59,911 nt of DNA from a virus (taxonomy: Duplodnaviria > Caudoviricetes): the IMG/VR virus record IMGVR_UViG_3300040971_000369, positions 1-59,911 of that record; one strand, given 5' to 3'. Each line of letters opens with the position of its first letter. Position 1 is the stretch's first letter. The position numbers were made by a program, and so were the translations under genes. Below are positions 1 through 10,207 of this stretch, in pieces. Under the pieces are notes generated by a model that saw only the letters and a program-made list of their open reading frames with translations, made no database searches and had not been told where the DNA came from.

Positions 1-1356
1 TCACGCGCAGCAGCTTGGCCTGGGTTTCGAGAGACATTTCGGCAATTTCGTCGAGAAAAGGGTGGAGCCGTCCGCCAGCTCGAAACGCCCGGCCTGGCGG
101 CTCAGCGCCCCGGTGTAGGCACCCTTCTCGCGGCCGAACAGTTCACTCTCGACCAGAGGACCAGGCAGCGCGGCGCAGTTGACCCGGATCATGGCCTTTT
201 TACCGCGGCCGCTCAAACGATGGATGGTGCTTGCGACCAGATTTTTCCCCGTTCCGGTTTCCCCCTGCAGAAGCACCGTACTCCCGGTCTGCGCAACCAT
301 CCTGACCTGCGACATGATGGCTCGCATGGCTTCGCTGGAGCCCAAAATCTCCCCCTGTCCCTCGGCCGCCGCCACCTCCAGGCGCAAATACTGGTTCTCC
401 CGTTCCAGCTTCACTTTGAGGCTCTCGATCTCCCGTATGTGCGTCTGAAGCTGCAGTTCCATCTCCTTGCGCGCCGTGACATCGACGGTAACCCCGAGCA
501 GGAGGCCGGCATGCCCATTCTCCCAGAGGCTCCGACCGCGTGAGATCATCCAGCGCAAAGATCCGTCCCCGGCCCGAACACGGTATTCCACCGTGACTTC
601 CTCGCGGGTGTGGCGCGACTCCTCCACCCTGGCGCCAATCAGCTCATGGTCATCGGGATGAATCACGTCCATCAACCGTGCCAAAGTCAATTCCGTGTCC
701 GGATCAAACCCGAAATGCTCCTTGGCCTTGGGTGTGGCCCACAAGCTGCCGGTATCCAGATTGAGTTCCCACAACCCGATTTCCGCCGAAAGCGCCGCAA
801 TATCGAGCCGTTCTTTGGTGCGTCGCAGGTTGGATTCCGCCTCACGGCGTTGCAGGGCGCTGACAAAAATTTCGCCCAGCAGCCGGCCCTGGACGACGAC
901 CTCCTCGGGCCAGCCGCGCTCTGCCTTGCGGGCGTCCAGAGTCAGCAGGTGATGCACCCTGGAACCGATGAAAAGAGGGATGATCAAGGCGGATTTGTTG
1001 CCAAGCATCGTGTGCGAACGCCGATCTTCCTCGGCTTCGGGCGGCAGGTCGTCCAGGCCGGCCATGACCATGGTCTGCCCTCTGCGGATGACCAGATCGT
1101 AGGTCCATGGAAACAAGGCCGCCAGGTTTACCTGTTTCGAAACATGGGGAGCGTCTTTGGCATAACTCGCATAATCGACATTGATCACCGGGCTGCTTTC
1201 ATCGACCGTAAGCAGCCCAATGCGGGCGATCTCAAGGAAAGAGAGCATACTCTCAAGAGCACGATTGATCTCGCCGTCAAGGCTCTCCGATGAAGCCATG
1301 ACCATGGAGGCCGATATTGCGGATGTCAGTTTTTGCAGATTGAAGATATCGTCCAT
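1..1356 (-). CDS. Sigma-54-dependent transcriptional activator (GAF-PAS-AAA+, FhlA/NtrC-like); runs off the left edge, with an apparent frameshift near nt 56-59
   Basis: Walker A GETGTGKN, ESELFGREKGAYTGA (GAFTGA-like) and GRFELADG, plus a PAS domain (IHPDD...VEYR...RW). Adding one base to the T-run restores the canonical LFLDEIAEMSLETQAKLLRV. Confidence 0.9.
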   Translation of the reverse strand: MDDIFNLQKLTSAISASMVMASSESLDGEINRALESMLSFLEIARIGLLTVDESSPVINVDYASYAKDAPHVSKQVNLAALFPWTYDLVIRRGQTMVMAGLDDLPPEAEEDRRSHTMLGNKSALIIPLFIGSRVHHLLTLDARKAERGWPEEVVVQGRLLGEIFVSALQRREAESNLRRTKERLDIAALSAEIGLWELNLDTGSLWATPKAKEHFGFDPDTELTLARLMDVIHPDDHELIGARVEESRHTREEVTVEYRVRAGDGSLRWMISRGRSLWENGHAGLLLGVTVDVTARKEMELQLQTHIREIESLKVKLERENQYLRLEVAAAEGQGEILGSSEAMRAIMSQVRMVAQTGSTVLLQGETGTGKNLVASTIHRLSGRGKKAMIRVNCAALPGPLVESELFGREKGAYTGALSRQAGRFELADGSTLFSTKLPKCLSKPRPSCCA

Positions 1357-1645
1357 TGGCCATCCTTAAATCGCATGGGAATCCGAAACTAAGTACTTAT
1401 ATGACTCAGGAAAATCAGAAAACTACGCACCTAAACAACGGATTGATCCCAGAAAACTCGCCCGACGGCAAGGTCTGACATGGACAACTGCTTATATTAT
1501 TGAGAGCATCGGTCCTCGGCCAGGAAGATAGAAGTGGCCCCGGAAATTTGCACAAGCCTTTACGTGGAAACTCTGCTAGCCTAGACACCTTCAAACGGAA
1601 TGGACAAGGGCTTGGAGTGGGGGATGGGGTGGGGGAATTCATTAG

Positions 1646-1683
1646 AAAAGAAAAAGGGAGCTAGGTCTTTATACCCAACTCCC
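1646..1683 (-). terminator. Rho-independent terminator downstream of the tRNA-Arg 3' fragment
   Basis: Minus strand GGGAGTTGGGT-ATAAAG-ACCTAGCTCCC followed by TTTTTCTTTT. Confidence 0.8.
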
Positions 1684-1692
1684 TGATTTTTT

Positions 1693-1740
1693 TGGTGCGC
1701 AATGCAAGAATCGAACTTGCGGCCTTTAGCTCCGGAGGCT
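1693..1740 (-). other. att site: 3' half of tRNA-Arg(CCG), from anticodon loop to CCA; left boundary of the integrated element
   Basis: Minus strand AGCCTCCGGAGCTAAAGGCCGCAAGTTCGATTCTTGCATTGCGCACCA contains a CCG anticodon loop, T-arm GCAAG-TTCGATT-CTTGC and CCA end. The 5' half/D-arm is absent. It lies ~130 nt from an integrase. Confidence 0.85.
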
Positions 1741-1867
1741 GGCCGGACGCCCTTCTCGTATGCTTTTTTCTGCTGTATCCTGCTGTAATTTCATTGCTGG
1801 TACTAATTGTGCCGAGGGCAGAAAACCGCATACTTTTGCACTCGCAGGGTAGCAGGAGGGTAGAAAA

Positions 1868-2980
1868 ATGAGCGGTGACCGAAAGAAGACCAAGCACATC
1901 GGAGTATACCAGCGAGACACTGAAGGCCGCACCTTCATGGGCAAGCCGGACACATGCTTTTACATCACATACAAAATCGGCCAGCGCAAGAAATGGGAGA
2001 AGGTCGGCCGACGAAGCGATGGTATCAACGCCGCCCTGGCCGCGCAAGTCAGGAGCGAACGCATCCGAACCCTGCGCCACTCCGACACCCTGCCTACAGA
2101 CCTCCCGCCTGTGACCATCGCAGATGCATGGGAGAAATACCGCAAAGGATATATCGCCGGCAGACCATCCGAACCCATGGACCTGAGCCGCTTCAAAAAC
2201 CACATAGAACCAGCCTTGGGCCGAAGGTGCCTGCACGAAATCTCGGCCACAGACATCGATCGCCTGGCCAAAGACCTGCAGGCAAAAGACCTCGGGCCGC
2301 AGACAGTCAAACACGTCCTGGCCCAGCTCCGCCGCATCATGCGCAAATGCCAGGATTGGGGACTGTGGACCGGCCAAATGCCCAAGTTCGATATGCCGGA
2401 CGTCCACAACGAGCGCTTTCGGTTCCTGACCGTGCCCGAAGCAGCAGCTCTGATGGACGAGCTCGGCCGCCGCTCCCCTGCCCTGCGCAACCTGTGCGAG
2501 GTCTCTTTGCACACCGGCATGAGACGCGGGGAACTTTTCCGGCTCAAGGGCTTCCACCTGGACATGCACTCCGGCACCATCCAGATCCTCGACGGCAAAA
2601 AAGGAAAGCCAAGAGTGGCCTTCATGACCGATGCTGTCATAGAAATTTTCCGTCGCATCAATCCCGCGCCCGGAAATTACGTCTTCCCGGATCGCAACGG
2701 AAAGCAGGCCTCGGAGGTCAGCGACAGCTTCCGCCGCGCCGTTGACGCCCTCGGCCTCAATGACGGGATCACGGACCCCCTGGGCAAGGTGGTCTTTCAC
2801 ACCCTGCGCCACACTTTCGCCAGCTGGTTGGTGCAGGCCGGAGAGCCCCTTTACACTGTCGGCTCCCTGCTCGGTCACTCGAACGAAACGATGACTCGCC
2901 GATACTCGCACTTGTGTCCTACCGGCACGCGGACGGCAGCATTGCGTATTGGAAAGATTACAGCTGGTCACGTGTCTTGA
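1868..2980 (+). CDS. int: Tyrosine recombinase / phage integrase
   Basis: TGMRRGEL (R), FHTLRHTFASWL (H-x-x-R), LLGHS and TRRY (catalytic Y); N-terminal arm-binding-like region; adjacent to att. Confidence 0.95.
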   Translation: MSGDRKKTKHIGVYQRDTEGRTFMGKPDTCFYITYKIGQRKKWEKVGRRSDGINAALAAQVRSERIRTLRHSDTLPTDLPPVTIADAWEKYRKGYIAGRPSEPMDLSRFKNHIEPALGRRCLHEISATDIDRLAKDLQAKDLGPQTVKHVLAQLRRIMRKCQDWGLWTGQMPKFDMPDVHNERFRFLTVPEAAALMDELGRRSPALRNLCEVSLHTGMRRGELFRLKGFHLDMHSGTIQILDGKKGKPRVAFMTDAVIEIFRRINPAPGNYVFPDRNGKQASEVSDSFRRAVDALGLNDGITDPLGKVVFHTLRHTFASWLVQAGEPLYTVGSLLGHSNETMTRRYSHLCPTGTRTAALRIGKITAGHVS

Positions 2981-3236
2981 CCGCTTGAGCTGAAACGTAT
3001 GCATCAAGATCGGAGCGCCGATAGGTAACTTTCATGGCCCCCTTGATATAGCGCGGACCAATCCCCTTGGTGCGCCACTCTTGCAGAAGCCGCGTAGACC
3101 ACCCATACAGTTCAGATACTTCCTTTTCCGAAAGGGTCACCCTCTGTTGCAATTCGGCAAGGCGGCTGACCTTGGAAAAATCAATCTGTCCGATGGCGGC
3201 GCGGACTTCTTCCCGGAAAATTTCTTCGTGCATCAT
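2958..3236 (-). CDS. xis: Excisionase-like HTH DNA-binding protein (HTH_17/AlpA-type)
   Basis: LSEKEVSELYGWSTRLLQEWRTKGIGPRYIK...VTYRRSDLDAY; convergent with int; AGGAGG upstream. Confidence 0.8.
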   Translation of the reverse strand: MMHEEIFREEVRAAIGQIDFSKVSRLAELQQRVTLSEKEVSELYGWSTRLLQEWRTKGIGPRYIKGAMKVTYRRSDLDAYVSAQAVKTRDQL

Positions 3237-3298
3237 ACAACGTAATCCTCCTGTGAACACAATATCTTTAGCCGGTTCCAGCGTTTCAAGGCGATGGT

Positions 3299-3595
3299 CT
3301 ACATCGTCTTTGAGACCAGGAGCACAAGGCCCCTTCTCTCGATCCATTCCAACAGAAACGGAGCAGGATACAGTACGACCCCCGAACACTCGTCCTTGAA
3401 ACGGATTCTCGGCCCCTTTCCCAAGGAATCAAGGTTGCGCAGGGTCTTGGCGGACACGGGGATGCCAAGCAAGGTTGAAACTTCCTTGCGGGACACGCAC
3501 GGCGGCAAGACTTCGAGCAGGGGTCGCAGCGCCAGTCCGACAACCGGGGGATCCTCGTGTGCCCAGCAGGCCAAGGCCTCAGCCATCGCCATCAT
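3299..3595 (-). CDS. Second AlpA/excisionase-like HTH protein
   Basis: VSRKEVSTLLG..VSAKTLRNLDSLGKGP...VLYP....LEWI motif. Start codon uncertain. Confidence 0.65.
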   Translation of the reverse strand: MMAMAEALACWAHEDPPVVGLALRPLLEVLPPCVSRKEVSTLLGIPVSAKTLRNLDSLGKGPRIRFKDECSGVVLYPAPFLLEWIERRGLVLLVSKTM

Positions 3596-3743
3596 CGCCC
3601 TGGCCCTGTCAAAGACGTAATCCCTGGGTCTCAGACGCCCCTCCTTGACCACTTTGTTCCGAACAAATAGCCTTGCACGCTGATGCGACAATGCGCCAAA
3701 AAATGAAAATGTTTGTAAATTCAGAATGACGCGACTGGAAAAA

Positions 3744-4007
3744 TCATACCTGCTCGGCTGATTCTTCGGTTGTTTCTATTTTGAATTTATTCTGTAATAC
3801 GGGCGTCAGTTCCGGATAGGCCTCAAACAAGGGCAAGCCCAAGACCAGGCAGCAATGCAACGACTCCGTCAAATTCAGCCCAATGGCGCGCCCGGTGGTT
3901 TCGATCTCGGCATGGATGGTTTCATCCAGAAAGAACGTCACCTTGACCCGGTCGCCGTAAACGCGTTTGCGCCCGCTGCGTTTGAACAAAATTTCTTCAG
4001 AGTTCAT
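3744..4007 (-). CDS. Small putative DNA-binding protein (ribbon-helix-helix-like)
   Basis: RVKVTFFLDETIHAEIE..GRAIGLNLTESL pattern; ATG overlaps the upstream stop (ATGA). Confidence 0.5.
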   Translation of the reverse strand: MNSEEILFKRSGRKRVYGDRVKVTFFLDETIHAEIETTGRAIGLNLTESLHCCLVLGLPLFEAYPELTPVLQNKFKIETTEESAEQV

Positions 4008-4219
4008 TCGTCGCTCCCTGGAAGAAGCTCCGCCGGGATACCGGCCGATACCAGCTTCTCCCGCGTGGCATCGGTCATGTATATGCCGCGCAGCTGCTGG
4101 ACCAGCCGCTGATATGAGACTCCCAGAAGTTTTGCGAGTTCCATCTTTTTTACACGATGACGCACGAGCCATGCGTTCAGCTCGCTTTGCCGTGTAGGTT
4201 TTTTAACCAGAGCGCCCAT
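4004..4219 (-). CDS. Cro/Ner-like small HTH regulator
   Basis: MELAKLLGVSYQRLVQQL HTH; GGAGG SD; divergent from the CI-like gene. Confidence 0.7.
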   Translation of the reverse strand: MGALVKKPTRQSELNAWLVRHRVKKMELAKLLGVSYQRLVQQLRGIYMTDATREKLVSAGIPAELLPGSDE

Positions 4220-4260
4220 AGCCTCCCCCGCTTTTAGAAATGAATACAAGACAGAAATAA

Positions 4261-4281
4261 GGACAATCAAAATTTTTGTCC
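4261..4281. promoter_or_regulatory. Putative operator palindrome between the divergent Cro-like and CI-like genes
   Basis: GGACAA-TCAAAATTT-TTGTCC inverted repeat. Confidence 0.5.
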
Positions 4282-4296
4282 ATAAGGGTGAACAGT

Positions 4297-4761
4297 ATGT
4301 CAAACAGAGTGGAAAGCGTAAAATGTTCAGAACAGTTTCTGCTCATTCAGCGAGAGCTCCGTATAAAGCAGACCGACATGGCCAAGGCCGCCGGAATCAG
4401 CCGGCAATCCATGCACAGTTTCATGAAGCCGGACACAAATTCCGAACCCAAGTTCTCGCACATCCAGGAGCTTGGCTTTGCCTATGGCATTGATATGAAT
4501 TGGCTATTCTACGGAACAGGGGACATGTTCCTCCCGGACGCATCGCAGACAACAGCACGCCACCTTCGCCTGGCCCACGCCCGAAACATTGACGGATCGC
4601 AGCCAGAGGATCTCCCTGAGCTTACGATCAATACATATGATGATGCGAAGTCTTACGAAGCGCAGCTTCGCCTAATAGACAAGGTTTGCGAAGTGATGAA
4701 AGAAAATGAAGCAAGTAAAGATATGATAAATAAGGCTGTTTTGGCTATAATTTCCAAATAA
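4297..4761 (+). CDS. XRE/CI-like repressor
   Basis: IKQTDMAKAAGISRQSMHSF HTH and IDMNWLFYGTGDMF signature; no S24 peptidase domain seen. Confidence 0.85.
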   Translation: MSNRVESVKCSEQFLLIQRELRIKQTDMAKAAGISRQSMHSFMKPDTNSEPKFSHIQELGFAYGIDMNWLFYGTGDMFLPDASQTTARHLRLAHARNIDGSQPEDLPELTINTYDDAKSYEAQLRLIDKVCEVMKENEASKDMINKAVLAIISK

Positions 4762-5121
4762 TACTAATACAAAATTCATAAATTATAGAAAATTAAGTCG
4801 ATTTTGAAAATAACAATAAGAATAATCCAACATTTTGACAAATTTTGATATGTTCATGATCGATATAGTATGAAAAATTAATAAAATATTCTGCATCGAT
4901 AAAAATATTTATTTGTATGCATAATTTAATCTCAACAATACATCATAATTATTAGGGCTGATTCTCGTAATATTCGCACAAAAGGTACGCAATAATATTC
5001 ATGCGAATAGGTACCCATAATGAAAAATGCCCGAAACACCCCGTCTTTTCCACCTCGCTAGATCCCACCCAAAATTAGAGTTCAGGGCGCTGCCCATTGA
5101 ATTCGAGCTCTGAGCCACCGG

Positions 5122-5141
5122 CGTGACAGGACGATGATTGC
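5122..5141 (+). repeat. 20-bp direct repeat, copy 1 (CGTGACAGGACGATGATTGC), in a decayed tRNA-Asp-like context
   Basis: Identical to 12128-12147; the minus strand contains CCTGTCACG (Asp GUC anticodon loop). Confidence 0.6.
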
Positions 5142-5272
5142 CGATTTGCCCCACCGTATTTCAACTGTTTACGTAGTCTCGCGTAGTCTCCTGTGGGTTG
5201 CCGTGTGTTCAAAAACCCAATAGAAACCCACAAAACGATTCGTCGATATCCCTTTAACCCGAGAATATAGTC

Positions 5273-5695
5273 ATGATGAAGGTTTCTTTTCAAACGCTAG
5301 TTAGATATGTATGTTTTTTTATCATTTCTTTAATTTCTATTTTAGGGGCTGTGAAGATTATATTTATTCAAGATGTTTCTAACGCAACTACAATATTAAC
5401 AATCTCATCAATGGTTTCTTTGTTAATTTTATTTTTTAGTGATAAAGTTGACTGGTTCGATTTAAGAAATATGAAAGTTCAACTTAGAGATATAAGGCAA
5501 ACAAAAGAAGAAGTTCAAAAAATTGCTTACAATATTGTAAAGCTTGTATATGCGTCTCAAAAAGGAGCTTTGTTTTTTGATAGACCAAGTGCAGCGAATC
5601 AGGAGATGATTAATGCCTCAGAAAATATATTAATATTATCTGGAATCGATAAAGATGATGATTTATATAAAGAATTAATTGATAAGCAAAAATAA
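5273..5695 (+). CDS. Hypothetical membrane protein (2 TM)
   Basis: 140-aa ORF with two N-terminal hydrophobic segments. Confidence 0.65.
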   Translation: MMKVSFQTLVRYVCFFIISLISILGAVKIIFIQDVSNATTILTISSMVSLLILFFSDKVDWFDLRNMKVQLRDIRQTKEEVQKIAYNIVKLVYASQKGALFFDRPSAANQEMINASENILILSGIDKDDDLYKELIDKQK

Positions 5696-5949
5696 TTTGT
5701 GAAATTACAATTTAATTTCATTTGGCTGATTGAGCGTAGCCAGCGGAGACCCCACCTCCTGCTCATTGAAAATCAAATAGTTAAGCGATCAGGAGAGTGT
5801 ATGCCACACAAGCTGGAAAAAATGGATGGCTCAAGTTATAATCGAAGGTCAGAAACACCGGAAGCTGTTTGTCACCAAAACAGAATGAAATGAAGGCGAA
5901 GGAAATTGGCAATCGTTGACGGCTGAAAGTGTTCCTTTGCCATACAAAG

Positions 5950-5994
5950 AAAACAACAAAGCCACCCGCTGTCGGATGGCTTTGTTGTTTTTTT
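5950..5994. terminator. Bidirectional intrinsic terminator
   Basis: AAAACAACAAAGCCA...TGGCTTTGTTGTTTTTTT hairpin. Confidence 0.7.
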
Positions 5995-6289
5995 ATATTG
6001 CAGAGTGGGTCAAATGATCGAGACCGAACTATGCGTTCATATCCAGTAAATTCATGATTCAAAATCTGATAACCCTGTTCCCACGTAACCCTAGCTTCCA
6101 CGTTTGTACTTTCCATGGCGGCTTCAAAGAACCATGGGGGTTATTCAATTCATAGCACAAAAAGCACCTTGACCCTTGCACCGCCTACCGAGTAATTGTA
6201 GCAACAATTTGTTGCTAAAGATATAAAAAATAGCAATTTACATCGTTTGAACGCATATGAACAAGATAATTATCACATGAATTGATGTT

Positions 6290-7276
6290 ATGAGGAAATA
6301 TATGAAAATCGAAAGACTAAGTGCAATTTTAATAACCCAAGGCAAGCACAAATTCTATTCATTAACCATGCCAATTGATATACTATCAGAATGTTGTTCA
6401 CCTAATCCAAGATCAAAAGATCTGGATAAGGGATTTCAAAGAACATTAGATGAAAATCGCGCAATAGCAATTGCATCGTATATCAGAGAAGGAGGAGTAA
6501 TTCCATCAAGCATAATTTTATCTGCTCAAGATTCTGCTGATTTTGAATATAATTCAAAATCAAAAACTATTTCATTTGAAGTATCACTTAAATCATTTTT
6601 AATTCTTGATGGACAGCATCGTGTCTACGGATTTAAACATTTACTAAAAGATGAAGCATCATACAGAATCCCAGTTATTATTTTTAATGAGCTAAGCCCT
6701 GTCGAAGAGGCTAGAATTTTTATCGATATAAACACACTTCAACAACCAGTTCCTAAAGAATTATTATTTGATATCAAACGTCTTGCTGAAAGAGAAACAG
6801 ATGAAGAAAAAATTTTGGATGCTTTATTTACAGAATTTGAAAGCAATAAAACGAGTTACCTTCTAGGTAAGCTAAGCCGAATAGAAAAAGCTCGAGGACA
6901 TATTTCAAAAGTCACTTTTTATGAAGCGATGAAGCAAATATTAAAAGAATTTGATATTGACAATACTACGAGACTATTTCGCATTGTCAATGCATTTCTT
7001 TTAGCATCAAACGACATCGCAAAAGATAATAATATCGATTTTTCTGAACTTATTGTAAAAGCAACCGTGTTTAGAATTTTTCTTGCTCATGCCAAGGCGG
7101 TAATTGCACTAATAGCGGATAATCATCCAGAGAATATGGAATTAATAAGCGAACATAAAAAATATTTATCAAGATCGCTTCCCACAAGCTTTCAACACAT
7201 TAATGAAGCAAGAGCATACTTAAAAGTTGTCGAAATGCTCGATAGAAAGTTAATAAAAAAATCAATTAGAATTTAA
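6290..7276 (+). CDS. DGQHR-domain (DndB/ParB-like) protein; candidate Dazbog-like defence component
   Basis: GFQRTLDENR and ILDGQHR motifs, FIDINTLQQPV. Confidence 0.85.
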   Translation: MRKYMKIERLSAILITQGKHKFYSLTMPIDILSECCSPNPRSKDLDKGFQRTLDENRAIAIASYIREGGVIPSSIILSAQDSADFEYNSKSKTISFEVSLKSFLILDGQHRVYGFKHLLKDEASYRIPVIIFNELSPVEEARIFIDINTLQQPVPKELLFDIKRLAERETDEEKILDALFTEFESNKTSYLLGKLSRIEKARGHISKVTFYEAMKQILKEFDIDNTTRLFRIVNAFLLASNDIAKDNNIDFSELIVKATVFRIFLAHAKAVIALIADNHPENMELISEHKKYLSRSLPTSFQHINEARAYLKVVEMLDRKLIKKSIRI

Positions 7277-7278
7277 AT

Positions 7279-8220
7279 ATGATTGAAAAATTGAACAGAC
7301 TCCATATAGCAGGAGCGAATGAAGGGATTCTTTCTATTTCAAAGTTTAGTCGTGAACGAATTGCAGAAAAGTTGACCGATCTAGATTTTATTGTCAATTC
7401 AATTAGCATAAATAATATTACTGAAATTACAATTCAAATTTTTGAAACAGATAGTTTTTACAAACTTATTTGCGGAGAAGCTATTAAATTTCTTTTGGCT
7501 GCTGCGGGATCTGTAGAACGATCTAACATGACTCAGCACCAAAATGCAGCATGGCAAATTATTGAGAACTATTATGCAGCTTATTATTCAATCCACTTTC
7601 TAATTAGAACCTGTGGAATTAGCATCACCAATCTTGATCAAAACGCGATTAATCAAATTAAAATCAATTCTTTAGGATTACAATATACAGGAATAATACC
7701 AACAGGCCTTTACACTATAAAATTTAATGCGGCTGACAATACAATTACTTTATCTAAGCGTGTCAAAAACGGAGGATCTCACATTGAAGCATGGGGACTT
7801 TGGGAAGAACTGATCGACAGAATGAATATGAGCGCGCAAAGCGACATAGCAGAGTACATGAAAGCAAGCATACTACTTAGTGAACATAAAAAATTTATAG
7901 TTAAGTCTACAGGAAGATACACACCTCCTGAAATTAGAGGAGATATAAATTATAAATTTGAAGGCGCAACATGGTATTTTGAGAAGCACTCACAGCCTAC
8001 AATTCAATCTATACAAAGTGAAATTTTAAGTCCAAAATATAATATTTTAAAATCTCATAATGAAATTAAGAATTTTTTATGCTGCAACAACTTAATTATT
8101 GCGCTTGCAACAAAAGTTTTTAAACATGCATCAATGAGCTATAAAAGAAGTATTTTTAGATCAAAATACAATCAATATATTTTGCAAAAAAAATTATTAG
8201 TGAACTATTTAGAAATTTGA
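7279..8220 (+). CDS. Hypothetical protein with HEPN-like features; operon partner of the DGQHR gene
   Basis: 2-nt gap to the upstream gene; YYAAYY helix, GGSH and RGDINY (R-x4-Y/H-like). Confidence 0.6.
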   Translation: MIEKLNRLHIAGANEGILSISKFSRERIAEKLTDLDFIVNSISINNITEITIQIFETDSFYKLICGEAIKFLLAAAGSVERSNMTQHQNAAWQIIENYYAAYYSIHFLIRTCGISITNLDQNAINQIKINSLGLQYTGIIPTGLYTIKFNAADNTITLSKRVKNGGSHIEAWGLWEELIDRMNMSAQSDIAEYMKASILLSEHKKFIVKSTGRYTPPEIRGDINYKFEGATWYFEKHSQPTIQSIQSEILSPKYNILKSHNEIKNFLCCNNLIIALATKVFKHASMSYKRSIFRSKYNQYILQKKLLVNYLEI

Positions 8221-8431
8221 AAATTATTCAATAGAATTTTACTTCTGAAAAGAAATTGAATTAATTTCTTGACGGAACATGTTCAAGCCCCCGCCCGGCA
8301 GGTTTTTAAGCCGAAAATTCTTCTCACTCCTACCCACCATTAGAGCATTTTTGTCGTTCCCGGAAAAGCATTAGCGGAATCTGCAACCTACCTGTTAAAC
8401 ATTGTGTTAGGTAGCGAATTATCAGAGGGCA

Positions 8432-9244
8432 TTAGTATATGGTCTTCGTGACCTTAGCTACGCCGTCTATTAGGTCTAGAACTTGTTCAGGTGTCGGCTC
8501 AATTTTTTTATTATGGTCGCAAAGGTTCCGAATGTCAGCAAGATGCTGATTAAAACGCCATTGAGGGACAGTGATCACGTCAGCAGTTTTAAGTAATTCA
8601 TTAAGATCAGCTATGCTTGGATTTTTTTTGGAAATATTAACGTTGTGATTCTCGCAAACTTGATGCAAATGTTTTTCAAGCACGACACCAGAGACTGCTC
8701 CTGCTGCACGATAAAATTTATTTTTAAGGAGTTCTCGGGCGGCATCTAACTCAGAATCAAAAAGATCTGCTTGAACAAGTTGCTTTATTTCAAAAAGAGA
8801 ACTTTCAAATCTCCTCTTTACAGATAAAATAATAGATATTTGCTGTTCTAAATTTGGAAGTGCTGACTTGCTATTTGCTATAATTTTTCCATACTCTATA
8901 ACCTTGATATCTTGCAATGCATCCTCAATTGTGTAACTTTCATAATTAATATCTTTACGTCCCTTGGGTTTTTCATAAAAACGGACAAAATCTTGTACAC
9001 GATCAGGAAGAATCTGTTTCACAAGTGCCAAAGCTTCAGAGTACCAGCTCTGATAAGAAATTTTGAAATCTGGCAGAGTATCAAGATATTTTTTTGTTTT
9101 CTCTTTATCCCCTCCATAATTTTTTAGAACCTCTTCCTCGAATTCTTCACTAAATGCGTAACGAAGAAATGCGTGACGAATTTTTGATCCTTCTTGGATA
9201 AGCTGTTCGAGATCAGACTTGTAACGATCAAGATTATTTGACAT
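8432..9244 (-). CDS. C-terminal HEPN-domain (DUF4145-like) protein
   Basis: AARELL...RAAGAVSGVVLEKHL...DIRNLCDH (R-x4-H). Confidence 0.75.
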   Translation of the reverse strand: MSNNLDRYKSDLEQLIQEGSKIRHAFLRYAFSEEFEEEVLKNYGGDKEKTKKYLDTLPDFKISYQSWYSEALALVKQILPDRVQDFVRFYEKPKGRKDINYESYTIEDALQDIKVIEYGKIIANSKSALPNLEQQISIILSVKRRFESSLFEIKQLVQADLFDSELDAARELLKNKFYRAAGAVSGVVLEKHLHQVCENHNVNISKKNPSIADLNELLKTADVITVPQWRFNQHLADIRNLCDHNKKIEPTPEQVLDLIDGVAKVTKTIY

Positions 9245-9550
9245 ATAATAATCATTCTCCTTGTATAAGAAATTTAGGCAGCAAAGGATCAGGTCTGCTT
9301 TTGACGAAAGTTTCTTCCCACCTAGTATTTTTTCAGACCTTCCCTTCTCAACTCCCCGGCAACTTTCTCTGTGAGGATGCCTGCCGATCTCCACTGTTCG
9401 ATCGTTTCCAGGTCACGTCTGAGGTTGTCGTTCAAGGGGCCTGCTGAATGGGTAGTTGTGGCGGATTTTGCAGAGACTATTTTAGAAGCTCCGCACCGAT
9501 TGAATCTATGGCTTTTCGCACTGCCTCTTTTTCGCCGCGCACATTTGCCA

Positions 9551-10207
9551 TTAGATGACGGCAACGGACTGGAAAACTGATACGACCCATGGCGCATGCT
9601 CTTTAAGGCCTAAGTGGTTATGGGCGGCATCAATAAAGGGCAGCCACTCCGCCTGGGAGGCTGGTCCGGCCATTTCGGAGTCCTCCGTGAAGTAAAGGAA
9701 GACCAGCCAAGCCTCGATGCCGTGCTCACGCAAAAAACCCAGATGAGCCAGCCTGTTTGCGTACTGGTAGTAGCCAGTGAGCCAGTTGGAGTCTGGGTCG
9801 GCGCATAGTGCCTGCTTCGCTGCCGCGCACGCTTTCTCGATCTTCTGGCGCGATGCAGGGCCGGCTTGGCACGAGGACTTCATCTCAGCGGCGTGAGCCT
9901 TTGCTTCGAAGAGGTACACTCGGCCTGATTTTTCAGTAGCCAAAGCATCCCACTGCGGTCCGCGATTTGGCCAAAAGTCGCGCATTTTCTTGATGAGTTG
10001 TGGGTGGCCGATCCGCTCGAGTACGTCCGCATCCCGATACTCTGCGAAGGCGTCTTGCTTCAGCGGGGAAACCCACTTGAGTTCACTTCCGACAGGAAGA
10101 GCGCCAGCCCTTACTAGCTGATCATTCAGTGCTTGCGGATGAGTCTGCACTAGATTTTGAATCCATTTAAGACTGCCTCGTTTGCCTAGCGGTTGTTCAA
10201 TACGCAC
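9551..10207 (-). CDS. PD-(D/E)XK-like nuclease fold protein
   Basis: QWDALA...YLFEAKAH...YYQ motif arrangement. Confidence 0.6.
   Translation of the reverse strand: MRIEQPLGKRGSLKWIQNLVQTHPQALNDQLVRAGALPVGSELKWVSPLKQDAFAEYRDADVLERIGHPQLIKKMRDFWPNRGPQWDALATEKSGRVYLFEAKAHAAEMKSSCQAGPASRQKIEKACAAAKQALCADPDSNWLTGYYQYANRLAHLGFLREHGIEAWLVFLYFTEDSEMAGPASQAEWLPFIDAAHNHLGLKEHAPWVVSVFQSVAVI

Noticed and set aside
1693-1775. Intact tRNA-Arg gene
   Set aside because: The 5' acceptor strand and D-arm are missing and the anticodon stem is only partly paired; treated as an att fragment.
1868-2980. Integron integrase (IntI) servicing the attC array
   Set aside because: It looks like an ordinary phage integrase beside a tRNA att site, with no evident IntI-specific insertion, and it is not adjacent to the first cassette.
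1661-3007. 448-aa antisense ORF, and similar long ORFs such as 26576-27886, 30188-31639, 48858-50309 and 53690-55084
   Set aside because: These are shadow frames opposite well-supported genes in GC-rich DNA, with no motifs or SD.
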